This document shows, piece by piece, positions 24,087-33,842 of a DNA stretch of 52,541 bases; position 1 is the first letter of the stretch, and every line of letters begins with the position of its first letter. The notes beneath the pieces were generated by a model. That model was given only the letters and a program-made list of their open reading frames with translations. It made no database searches and was not told the DNA's origin. Origin of the DNA: a virus; IMG/VR virus record IMGVR_UViG_3300029258_002096, positions 1 to 52,541 of that record; one strand, given 5' to 3'. Made by a program: the position numbers and the translations under genes.

Positions 24087-27000
24087 ATGCCTTTCGGGTT
24101 TGGCAGTATCGGTGGTGTGGGTGACATTGTTGCATTTGTTAAACTATCCGGAGCGGATAAATTTAATAACGATCTGGACCGCTTAAATCAACGTGTGTCT
24201 AATTCCGGTCAAGTAATGAACAGGGCTATGAATGCCACGTTGCTTGCAGGTGCTGCTGCATTTACGGCTGCGACGGTTGCTGCGTCGAAGTTTGAAGCAC
24301 AAATGGCAGATGTCAATACATTACTTGATGTATCCGAAAAAGAATTTGAAAATCTCAATCAAGGTGTACTGAACATTGCTAAAACTGTTCCCACTTCAAT
24401 GTCTACATTGACAAAGGGCTTGTATGATTTAATTTCCGCAGGGGCCGAATCTTCACAATCAATTTCTGCTCTCGACTTAGCCGCACGTGCCGCAACGGCT
24501 GGCATTTCTGGTGTTGATGTTGCAGTTAGGGCGGGCATGGCTACAATTAACGCCTATGCCTTAGATATTGGAGAATTGAGCAGAATTTATGATTTGCAAT
24601 TTTCAACGGTAAAAAAGGGTGTTTTGACGTATGCCGAGTTATCGAATGCAATAGGGAATGTTTTACCATCGGCCTCAAATTTAGGCGTTGTACTTGAAGA
24701 CCTATACGGTTCCATTGCAGCCGTGACAAAAGCCGGTATTGATGCTCAATCTGCCACAACTTATTTAGCACGCGCTTTTGAATCTATGACGGAAAACAGG
24801 GAGAAATGGGAAGCATTGGGAGTTGCGATATTTGACGCAACGGGCAAATTTAGGGGGTTAGAGCCAGTTATCGGAGATTTGGCAAAATCGCTACAGGGTG
24901 CTACGGTAGAGCAAAGAATAATGAAACTTGAAGCCCTTGATATGGAAAAACGTGCAGCTAAAGCAATTCTGACAATGGTCAATAATTATAAGGGATTCAA
25001 AAAGACACTTGATGCTGTAGCAGATTCACAAGGTGCAATGAATGATGCTTTTGAAAAACAGATGGATACATTTAAAGCGCAGGCTGGAATAATTAAAAAC
25101 AATCTTCAAGTTGCGTTTATCGAACTTGGCCGATCCGTACTTCCCGTTTTAACGGATATGTTTAGGGAATTAAATAAGCATCCAGAAACCATTCGTACTA
25201 TTGTCTCGGTTGTAGGGAAATTAGTAATAACTCTTGGTGGAGCTACTGCTGCGCTTAAGGGTGTTCGGCTTGCCATGTCTGCGGTTAAAGGGATACAAGC
25301 TTTGTGGATGGCTTCATTTGGCCCATTCGGTATAGCTATTGCAGGCGTAACGGCTGGATTAATTGCATTAAATGAAATTGCAAATAAACGCCATGAACAG
25401 GCTTTAGCGCAGATAGATGCAATAGGTGAAGAGATTAATGAAGTGCGGGTGCTTTCCTTGCGTTATGATGAATTGAAAGATAAGGCAGTATTAACAAGAG
25501 CAGAATCCGAAGAATTAAAAACAATAACAGAGAAATTAACAAAGGCATTTGAGGCACAGGGCTTAGACGTTTCAAATCTTACTGGAGCACTCACACAATT
25601 AACCCCCCTGTATTTAAAATTAAGAAAAATAGAGCTCCAGGAAGCTCTATCTGAAGTTGAAAGAAAAATTGGAGCTGTTGCCATGAAAACAAACGTCCTG
25701 GCAACAGCTCTTGGTGGCCCCATATCTCTGTTTAGCGGGCTTCGGGATATTGTAGATGACACACAAGCTGGAGCACTAAAGAGATTAAACAACCAAGCCG
25801 AAGATCTTAAAAGTAGATTGGAAGAACTTGAAAATCCACTTGCAACAACATCTACTGAAGTTGAAAATGTGGGCGATGTTTCAAAGAATGCTGGAGACAA
25901 AATATCCTCAACAATAAAACCTATTTATGATATGGCCATAAAGACAAAAGAATTAAAATCTGCTATGATAGATTGTGCCGATGCAACATTGCAACACGAT
26001 GAACACGTAAAAGCCTATGAAGAACATTTGAGAAAAGCAAACGATACAACCCAAAAAGCGAACAACAATTGGATCGACTTCGCCCGCCTCATTGGAGATG
26101 TAACAGACAGGATGGAGGGTGATTTCGCCCCTGCCATAGGCAATATCGCAAACCTTATTGCTTCATTTGCAAGTCCAAGTGCAACATTCTTGAACATTTT
26201 CAATATTTTTGGTGCGATCTTCGATGCCTTTACCGGCAAGACTGGAACGCTCAAAGTATCAATCGACGAACTAAAAGAGTCTTTCGGGGCTTTAGGTGAT
26301 GAGATCGAACGAGCGCAACAATCTGCTGAAGATTTAGGGAATGTTATCAGCTCTGCCCTTGCACAGCAAACAAGTCAAGTACTTGATGATACCTTGCAAC
26401 GCGCAGCCGATTTAGCTACGGAGATCAAAAGATTTGAACTCTTAGAAGTATCAGCCAGACGTCCATCTGGTTTGGGTGGCATTAATTGGGTAAATCCGTA
26501 TACTGAACGGCTTAAAGATTTGCGTATTGAATATGAAGCTACTCAAAAAGAAATAGAAGGTCTGACTAACAGCCTTCTTGAATTAAGCGATGCATTTCAA
26601 TTTGAGGTGGGATTTGAAAAACAGGCCGAGGATTTGGGAACCCTGACAGAACAAGCCTTAAAGATGAGAGATTATTTTGGTGACATTGAATGGCCTGGCC
26701 TTGAAACCCTTTTACAGGAAACCATTGACCAATCAAGAATTATGCTTGACGATCTTGATCCCACTTCACAAGCGTATGTTGATTTAAGCGATAGCATAAA
26801 AGAAGCAGAACTGGCTCTTGGCATACTCAATGGGACAATTGATCAAGAAACCCTTGATATAATAAAGAAAACCGAAAACGAAATAGAAGCATTAACTCAA
26901 GCAATTTCAGATTGGGAACAGGAACAGGCAAATATTGATGAACAACTAAAACGGGATATTGAGGGAATAAATAATGAAATAGAATCCTTAAATAAAACGA

Positions 27001-28103
27001 TAACCGATTTAAAACAACAGCGAATTGAAATTGACATACAGCTTGCTCAGGATATTCTGCCCTATCAAACAAAACTTTCTCAATTGCAGACTACATTAAT
27101 GGGTTTTCGTGAAATACCCTCAGTTGAAGGTATTGACTTCTATCAACTCTCAAAGGCGATTGACGAGTTAACGGGTCGGGTCAATAAATTGACCATTGAC
27201 TGGGGAAATATGCTTGATGTCATGTTCCAGGATTATGACCAGTTTGAAAAAGACATCCAAACAGCCACTTCCGCCATTGAAAAAATACTTTATTTTGATA
27301 TTGACCTTGAAACAACGACGGCAGACGAACAGATTGCAGGACTTATATTTAGGATGCAAGACTATTTAAAGACATTAAGTCCTGGTTCTAAGGCTTATGA
27401 AGATGCAAACAAGGCACTTGAAACCCTTACCCAAAAATTTGAAGACATGGGGGGTGAGCTTGATAAAGAAAAAGCCCTTGCGATTGAAACCGATGCAGTA
27501 GATTCTGCCATTGCAGATGCACAAACTATTATTGACAATTTCATCCTGGAGGCCGAAAGCAAAAAAGCCGAAATAGATATTGATATTATTGAGGCAGAAA
27601 ATAAAATCAGGACCCTAAAGGGTGATATTATCAGTTTGATAAATGAGGCCGAATCTCGCAAACTTGTCATAGATGCGAATATACAGGTTGCTCAATATAA
27701 GATAGAAACCTTGATAAACAAGCTATCGGAACTGAGAAGCAAAACAATTACTATTGATGTAAATGCACCGTCGGGAATGCATATAGGTGGCATTGTCGAA
27801 GCCCACCAGGGCCTTGTTCTTGGATCAACCTATAAGGGACGGAAAGAAGTTTTAATCAAGGGGCTTGAAGGGGAGGCGGTTATTCGTCCTGAAGTTGGAG
27901 ATATGTATTCCTCGAAACAATGGGAGCGTTTTAATAGAACGGGCAATCCTGCCGTTTTTGGGAATACGCAAGATACCGGCAGGGCGGTTGTTGTGATCAA
28001 TCAACCAGGTCCACGAACAAATGCACAAATATATCGAGATTCTATTTTACCGGAAAAACTTTATGCGGAACGATTTCTTGAACCGGCAGGAGACGTATTC
28101 TAA
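24087..28103 (+). CDS. tail tape measure protein (TP901-type)
   Basis: 1338 aa; FEAQMADVNTLL TP901-like core, hydrophobic middle, long heptad region. Confidence 0.95.
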   Translation: MPFGFGSIGGVGDIVAFVKLSGADKFNNDLDRLNQRVSNSGQVMNRAMNATLLAGAAAFTAATVAASKFEAQMADVNTLLDVSEKEFENLNQGVLNIAKTVPTSMSTLTKGLYDLISAGAESSQSISALDLAARAATAGISGVDVAVRAGMATINAYALDIGELSRIYDLQFSTVKKGVLTYAELSNAIGNVLPSASNLGVVLEDLYGSIAAVTKAGIDAQSATTYLARAFESMTENREKWEALGVAIFDATGKFRGLEPVIGDLAKSLQGATVEQRIMKLEALDMEKRAAKAILTMVNNYKGFKKTLDAVADSQGAMNDAFEKQMDTFKAQAGIIKNNLQVAFIELGRSVLPVLTDMFRELNKHPETIRTIVSVVGKLVITLGGATAALKGVRLAMSAVKGIQALWMASFGPFGIAIAGVTAGLIALNEIANKRHEQALAQIDAIGEEINEVRVLSLRYDELKDKAVLTRAESEELKTITEKLTKAFEAQGLDVSNLTGALTQLTPLYLKLRKIELQEALSEVERKIGAVAMKTNVLATALGGPISLFSGLRDIVDDTQAGALKRLNNQAEDLKSRLEELENPLATTSTEVENVGDVSKNAGDKISSTIKPIYDMAIKTKELKSAMIDCADATLQHDEHVKAYEEHLRKANDTTQKANNNWIDFARLIGDVTDRMEGDFAPAIGNIANLIASFASPSATFLNIFNIFGAIFDAFTGKTGTLKVSIDELKESFGALGDEIERAQQSAEDLGNVISSALAQQTSQVLDDTLQRAADLATEIKRFELLEVSARRPSGLGGINWVNPYTERLKDLRIEYEATQKEIEGLTNSLLELSDAFQFEVGFEKQAEDLGTLTEQALKMRDYFGDIEWPGLETLLQETIDQSRIMLDDLDPTSQAYVDLSDSIKEAELALGILNGTIDQETLDIIKKTENEIEALTQAISDWEQEQANIDEQLKRDIEGINNEIESLNKTITDLKQQRIEIDIQLAQDILPYQTKLSQLQTTLMGFREIPSVEGIDFYQLSKAIDELTGRVNKLTIDWGNMLDVMFQDYDQFEKDIQTATSAIEKILYFDIDLETTTADEQIAGLIFRMQDYLKTLSPGSKAYEDANKALETLTQKFEDMGGELDKEKALAIETDAVDSAIADAQTIIDNFILEAESKKAEIDIDIIEAENKIRTLKGDIISLINEAESRKLVIDANIQVAQYKIETLINKLSELRSKTITIDVNAPSGMHIGGIVEAHQGLVLGSTYKGRKEVLIKGLEGEAVIRPEVGDMYSSKQWERFNRTGNPAVFGNTQDTGRAVVVINQPGPRTNAQIYRDSILPEKLYAERFLEPAGDVF

Positions 28104-28492
28104 TGGCAACGGCTGTCAGGTTTACACTGTCAGGTCCAACTAATGTTGACTTTGATGAAGAAGAAATCCAGGATGTTATTGTCCCCTGGGATCAAGATAT
28201 TCAGGTTCAGAAAAATCAAACAATGCCTCCTTATATATTTACGGATGGCGAACAATGGGCAACGATTATAATTTACTTTTTTGAAAAATACGATTCGACC
28301 AAAACAAGAATAGATCAGATAATTGACGCAGAAGAAGAAATGACTTTATACTATGCTTATAAATCATTCCCATCAAAAACCTGTTCCGTGATTTACTATC
28401 CAGACGGAATGACGCATACTTATCAATACCATGTCGGCGGAGAACAAGCATACGGAGTTATTCATAAATTAACCTTCTTAAAATCGAGTTGA
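28103..28492 (+). CDS. putative distal tail (Dit-like) protein
   Basis: immediately after tape measure. Confidence 0.55.
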   Translation: MATAVRFTLSGPTNVDFDEEEIQDVIVPWDQDIQVQKNQTMPPYIFTDGEQWATIIIYFFEKYDSTKTRIDQIIDAEEEMTLYYAYKSFPSKTCSVIYYPDGMTHTYQYHVGGEQAYGVIHKLTFLKSS

Positions 28493-28493
28493 T

Positions 28494-31400
28494 ATGCCAG
28501 CTTATACGACATTGCCGAGTCCATGGCAGACAGAACTTGAGAAGAAAACGGCTGCCAAGCCGATTATTGAAATCGTCTACGATCCCGAAGATGAGGCAAT
28601 ACCTCTAAGTGGTAAATATGACATCGTTGAAATGACCCCGATTTCCAATACGAGAGAATTAGACATTGAATGGATCGGGCGACCCGTTGCATTTGACATG
28701 ATGTTGACCTTTAATGATCCAGACAATTTTTTCAATCCGACAAATTCAAATTCACCATTTTATAATATAACTGGCGAGCTTTACGAAGACCATGCGTCGG
28801 GGGCGACTTCGATCAAGTTGCTTGATAAATCCGGCGTTTCATTTTCGGCTGGCAAGGTATTAACCATAGATGACGGCACAAATAGCGAAGATATATATCC
28901 TGACAGTTTCACGGCTGCTTCGGGTTCTACCTATTATCACGAAATCACTTACAATGCAGGACTGACTTATAATTATGCAAAAGGAACATATATTTACCCA
29001 AAATCGGCAGAGTTGAAAGAAGTTTTAGTGCGTATGCGAATGACGGGATGTACGTCAAAAGTGACTTGCTTTTTGGGTAAATTGCTAAAACCGCCAGAAT
29101 GCGAAAGCGGAAAGTCAACTCTTGTTGTGGTCGATCTTAAAAAAGAAGCATTTGATCGTATTTTAACAGGTGCAGATTCTGATTCATCGCAAAAATTAAA
29201 AAGAATAGATACGGATGGAGTTCTTGCAAATTCTGTGTCTAAAAGTATTGCACAGGAAATAGATTATATAGAATATTCTTCCGATGCACTTGTCCAAGCT
29301 GCGTGGGCCAGTAGTAGCACGGAAGCCAAACTTGATAGTTATGAGACAGGCGGGGGCACAGATTCGGCCCTCGGAGATGTGGGGGGAACTGAATACTGGT
29401 TGGGGGTGCGGTTTACCCTTGACGAGCCGATAACTTGCACAGCAGTTTCAACATATATTAATTCCAAAAATGGCGCGCCCACCGGAGACATGACCTTTCG
29501 GATTGAAACCGACGATGCCGACACTCCATCCGGTACGCTGGCAGATACCAATGCTACGGGCACAATAGCCAACGGTTCACTTTCAACGGCTGCATGGAAC
29601 AAATGTACTTTTTCAACCGCCTTTACTCTTCCCGCCGGGTCGTATTGGATAAGACTGAATATTCCCGATCAGGCAAACAATGTTTACTGGAATATTAACC
29701 GAAACGCAACGGGAACCGGAACGAATGCATACAGCACAGATCATGGTACGACATGGACAACGACAAAAAATTCCAATATCAAATATTATCGTGTATACGG
29801 TTATGCTTTGCAGTGTTTTTCAGAGTCAACAATAAAATCGCAAGGGCAATATTCCATGGAAGCTGTTGCTGCAGCAACGGACAGCCTTGACGAATATTTG
29901 ACAAGGACATTCAGTACGGCCCTTGATATGTCCGGTCTTGATGAAATTACGTTTGATATTTATGCGTCAAGATCGGGTTCTAACTTAAAATTTGAGTTAG
30001 TTGATTCTGGCGGTACTCGCACGGAATATACGCCGTCAGTATCAAGCGCAAATACATGGGAAACGATAACATGGGATATTTCGGGTGTTTCTGATGCAAA
30101 TAAAGACGCAGTTAGTTCACTTGTCATAACGATAGCTAACGCCGATTCGGACAATACATTCTATATTGATAATATATTTAATCCAGAATACAGGGCATTT
30201 GACCGAACGAAAGTCAAAGTATTTGATAATTGTAAACTGACGGAATGGACGGCCTCTTTTACGTCGAACACTGAATTTATTTTGAAAGCCGCAGATATAG
30301 GTGAAGGGGTTAATAGCGTAACTGATTTAACAATATATGGAATTTTGTCGGGCGCAGAACATCCCTTTAGATTCAACAATATATATGATATAGCCATTTA
30401 CAAACATTATGCGATTATAACAAATGGATTCCAAGTAGACCCCTACTTAACTTGTATTATAATAGATATTGAAGACCCACAGAACCCTCAATTTGTAACC
30501 AGCTTCGGCGGCAACGGCTCGCCCAATTATATGAATGGCGCGTATAAGCTTGCAGTTGAAAATAATTATTTGTACGTATTGTCTTGGAATGATGATTATT
30601 TGAACATATACGACATATCGGATATTAGTAATCCAACAAGAACGGGTGGCATAGCTGTAACGGTTAGCGATACTCCTATTACTGGTGGAATGGTTGCAAA
30701 AGACGGATATGTATATGCTGTTGTTTGCGATAACGACTGGTTGAAAATATTTGATGTGCGTGATCCAACCAATCCAACACTTGCTTCAACATTTTCTGGT
30801 AACGGTGCACCCAATTACATGAATGGGCCACGCAATGTAAAGATTTATGGTGATTATGCCTATGTAGTTACTGAGGCAGATTTGTCGGTTAATATTATAG
30901 ATGTTAGTGATAAAACAAATCCAACCATTTCGGGTGTACTACTATCAACCGATCTTGGTGATCCGCTCGATTTTTTTACATTACTTGATTTAGATATTAA
31001 CGAAGACGCAACTTATTTATATACAACAACTATAAATGGACGATTTAATGTTATAGACATTAGCAATAAAACCGCACCCTCGCAAACTTCCAATATCCAG
31101 GATGCCAACCCCCCGTATTTGTCAAGTGCATATTCTATACAATATAGAGATAATCGTTGCTATTTAGGCGCTTTTGGAGATAATGCGCTTTCAGTAATAG
31201 ATGTATCCGATCCCACCGATCCGACCCATGCCGATATTTTAGTAGATGCAACTTATTTTTCGACTGGATATGCATTAAGACTCTATGGGGATTATGCTCT
31301 AATGGGGTCGTCGAGCAATTATAGTTTTATAACTGTTAGAATTACAACATCTGATACAAATTTAGTTGGCAACGAAAACATTCGTATCCCGTCGGATGCT

Positions 31401-32516
31401 TGGCAGGGTACAAGGGCAGATGGCGATACGGTTACATTTGCAACGGCCATTTCCTACGAAGACCAAAATATTGTACAATGCCTTTATGATATTTACGAGG
31501 ATCATGCAGGGATAAGTAGTCAACTTATTGACCGTTCGAGCTATTTGGCAGACAGATATGTCGGGACGCTCTTTGAAAATGCAAGCGCATCCGCAACAAC
31601 AATCAAGGTAAAAATACTTGTTCCGATGTTGATTAAAACCGGAGAGACCCTGACAATCACAGAGGGATCAACAACCGAAGACGTGACCGTCAACACAGGC
31701 GTTGATACAAACAGCAAATACCCGCCGTATATTGACCTGACCGTTTCGGCTTTATCTAATTCTTACTCTCCAGCCGCAACCGTGACATGGAAGCAGAGGT
31801 CTTCTCTCGATACCGACTTCTCCTGGGATGCCGAATATCATTATTTCGATTTGATGGATTATAATATTAAATATTCTCTTGATAGAGAGATGAAAATTTC
31901 ACAAGGCATAGAGAGAATATCACGACACGGAGATTGTTTTACATTTACAGATAATTGGGGTGTCGAAAAAATCCATACCTTTAGGCCCCATTACAATAGC
32001 TCTGTCCCGACGATAGCCAAAGATACGAACCTCTGTCTACCGACCCCTACTATCCAGACAAAGGAAATGGTGAACGAAATCAAAGTCTTGTACGGTTATG
32101 ATTATACAAATTCTAAGTATCTTTACGAATTGACTTATCCCGAATCAAGAGATGATAATAAAGGATATATTCGGCACGGATTTGTAAGGCAGCGAATTCT
32201 TCGCCTCGCTGGTGTGTTCGATGAAGATTATGCAAAATCTATGGCAGCCCATAAATGGTTCATGTGGCAAAACGGCTTAACCGTTTTTAGGTTTAACACG
32301 ACCCTGCAGGGCATGGTTTTGACTATAGGGGATCACGTCGATCTTGATTGTGACAATCCAGATATTGATACCGAGATCGAAATAATCGGCATACCGAATA
32401 TATCGTATTTAGGAAAATTTGATTTGTCGTTTTTGGCGTACGACGCAGAATTCATTTGGAATAATTGGTTCCTAATCGAAGACAGTGGCATAGGAACTGG
32501 TAAAGTATTATGGTGA
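28494..32516 (+). CDS. tail tip/hub protein with carbohydrate-binding-like inserts and LVIVD-type repeats
   Basis: repeats such as YLYV...LNIYDISDISNPT, YVYA...LKIFDVRDPTNPT; TFYIDNI beta-sandwich end; synteny. Confidence 0.7.
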   Translation: MPAYTTLPSPWQTELEKKTAAKPIIEIVYDPEDEAIPLSGKYDIVEMTPISNTRELDIEWIGRPVAFDMMLTFNDPDNFFNPTNSNSPFYNITGELYEDHASGATSIKLLDKSGVSFSAGKVLTIDDGTNSEDIYPDSFTAASGSTYYHEITYNAGLTYNYAKGTYIYPKSAELKEVLVRMRMTGCTSKVTCFLGKLLKPPECESGKSTLVVVDLKKEAFDRILTGADSDSSQKLKRIDTDGVLANSVSKSIAQEIDYIEYSSDALVQAAWASSSTEAKLDSYETGGGTDSALGDVGGTEYWLGVRFTLDEPITCTAVSTYINSKNGAPTGDMTFRIETDDADTPSGTLADTNATGTIANGSLSTAAWNKCTFSTAFTLPAGSYWIRLNIPDQANNVYWNINRNATGTGTNAYSTDHGTTWTTTKNSNIKYYRVYGYALQCFSESTIKSQGQYSMEAVAAATDSLDEYLTRTFSTALDMSGLDEITFDIYASRSGSNLKFELVDSGGTRTEYTPSVSSANTWETITWDISGVSDANKDAVSSLVITIANADSDNTFYIDNIFNPEYRAFDRTKVKVFDNCKLTEWTASFTSNTEFILKAADIGEGVNSVTDLTIYGILSGAEHPFRFNNIYDIAIYKHYAIITNGFQVDPYLTCIIIDIEDPQNPQFVTSFGGNGSPNYMNGAYKLAVENNYLYVLSWNDDYLNIYDISDISNPTRTGGIAVTVSDTPITGGMVAKDGYVYAVVCDNDWLKIFDVRDPTNPTLASTFSGNGAPNYMNGPRNVKIYGDYAYVVTEADLSVNIIDVSDKTNPTISGVLLSTDLGDPLDFFTLLDLDINEDATYLYTTTINGRFNVIDISNKTAPSQTSNIQDANPPYLSSAYSIQYRDNRCYLGAFGDNALSVIDVSDPTDPTHADILVDATYFSTGYALRLYGDYALMGSSSNYSFITVRITTSDTNLVGNENIRIPSDAWQGTRADGDTVTFATAISYEDQNIVQCLYDIYEDHAGISSQLIDRSSYLADRYVGTLFENASASATTIKVKILVPMLIKTGETLTITEGSTTEDVTVNTGVDTNSKYPPYIDLTVSALSNSYSPAATVTWKQRSSLDTDFSWDAEYHYFDLMDYNIKYSLDREMKISQGIERISRHGDCFTFTDNWGVEKIHTFRPHYNSSVPTIAKDTNLCLPTPTIQTKEMVNEIKVLYGYDYTNSKYLYELTYPESRDDNKGYIRHGFVRQRILRLAGVFDEDYAKSMAAHKWFMWQNGLTVFRFNTTLQGMVLTIGDHVDLDCDNPDIDTEIEIIGIPNISYLGKFDLSFLAYDAEFIWNNWFLIEDSGIGTGKVLW

Positions 32517-32525
32517 GGTGATATA

Positions 32526-33122
32526 ATGCCGACTTATTCACAGGGTGACACACTTACGGTAGCGGTTGCAAACGCCTGGCCCCGAACAAATATGGCACAA
32601 GAAGATGCGGTCGGGTATAAAGTACCGCTAAGTGACTTTCGTTATGCAGATGGCTCAATACCCGACACTACCGGAGCCGCCGGAAACCCCAAACTCGTTA
32701 TGGGGGGTTACGGATCAGGAACGGGAATTTTCCAAGGCGAGGATGCGCAGGCAGCCACAAAGACGGAAACGCTGTATTTTGATTTTAGGCTTCCCGAATG
32801 TTACGTTGCAGGCCAAACCGTAACGGTATCTTTTTCTGCACGTTTCAACGATGCGGGGACAAACACTGAAAACCCAAAGACGATAGATTGCGAAGCCTAC
32901 GAAATCGCAGAAGCGGGAACGGCTGGAAGCGATATTTGTGCAACGGCAATCCAGACCATGACGGCTTCAATGGCAAGCTATTCGTTTACGATCACGCCCA
33001 CCGGATTGTCGGCTGGTGATTTGTTAAGAGTATTTGTGCAAACGGCTTTGGCTGGTGATAGCAATGGAGCCCTGAAAATGGAACTCGGTGGTGCAACAAT
33101 GGCACTGGATATTAAGGGATGA
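32526..33122 (+). CDS. putative tail/baseplate beta-sandwich protein
   Basis: ORF track; position in tail module. Confidence 0.55.
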   Translation: MPTYSQGDTLTVAVANAWPRTNMAQEDAVGYKVPLSDFRYADGSIPDTTGAAGNPKLVMGGYGSGTGIFQGEDAQAATKTETLYFDFRLPECYVAGQTVTVSFSARFNDAGTNTENPKTIDCEAYEIAEAGTAGSDICATAIQTMTASMASYSFTITPTGLSAGDLLRVFVQTALAGDSNGALKMELGGATMALDIKG

Positions 33123-33550
33123 GTACCGTATTAACATTTAAATATATTTCAGGCGGATCCGAAACGACAGTCAGCTTTTCGGATTTAGAAGTCGATACCG
33201 TAAATATCATTACTCATCAAGAAACGGTGCTGAAACGACTTTGTAATAGACAGCCCGTACAATATTATATAAATCCCGAATGGAAAGAGATCACGATTGA
33301 TCTCATTAACCAAATAGATACGCATGATAATGTAGAAACTCTCAGGGATGTTACAAGTATTATGGCAATGTTGCTTTATGATTTAAACGGTACGCTACGT
33401 CAAAATATCGGAGTGAGAATAAATCCGAACCTCTCTTTATATTATTATGCGGGTGAAGAAGATGCAGAGAAAAAAATCAGATTACATCTATGGCAGGCGA
33501 CAAGTGGGAAGGCGGTTGCTTTGTTGCCTTTATCCGGCGAGGTATGGTAA
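33119..33550 (+). CDS. second Dit-like protein (apparent paralog of 28103-28492)
   Basis: similar size and V.F...E...V.I...Q...P..Y...W..I.I spacing. Confidence 0.45.
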   Translation: MSTVLTFKYISGGSETTVSFSDLEVDTVNIITHQETVLKRLCNRQPVQYYINPEWKEITIDLINQIDTHDNVETLRDVTSIMAMLLYDLNGTLRQNIGVRINPNLSLYYYAGEEDAEKKIRLHLWQATSGKAVALLPLSGEVW

Positions 33551-33832
33551 ATGGCATGGGATAAAGATGAAATTATCATACATATTGTAGACCCCGATAC
33601 CGGCGATGATTATACATCAACAATCACGGTCGAGGTTTATCCGACAACTTCGGCCTATCCGACAAACAAAGTGGCGTGTACGCAGTTATCGTCCTTGTAT
33701 AGATATAAGCCCGTATCGGATTTAAATGAATATACGCATTATTGGATACGCTGGACGATTGGGGCGACAACGTATTACAAAAAACTAATTGCCAAAAACA
33801 GTGAACCGATGACGGGTGCAGACCCAGGATAA
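33551..33832 (+). CDS. hypothetical tail-region protein
   Basis: ORF track; abuts upstream gene. Confidence 0.55.
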   Translation: MAWDKDEIIIHIVDPDTGDDYTSTITVEVYPTTSAYPTNKVACTQLSSLYRYKPVSDLNEYTHYWIRWTIGATTYYKKLIAKNSEPMTGADPG

Positions 33833-33842
33833 GGAGGATAAG

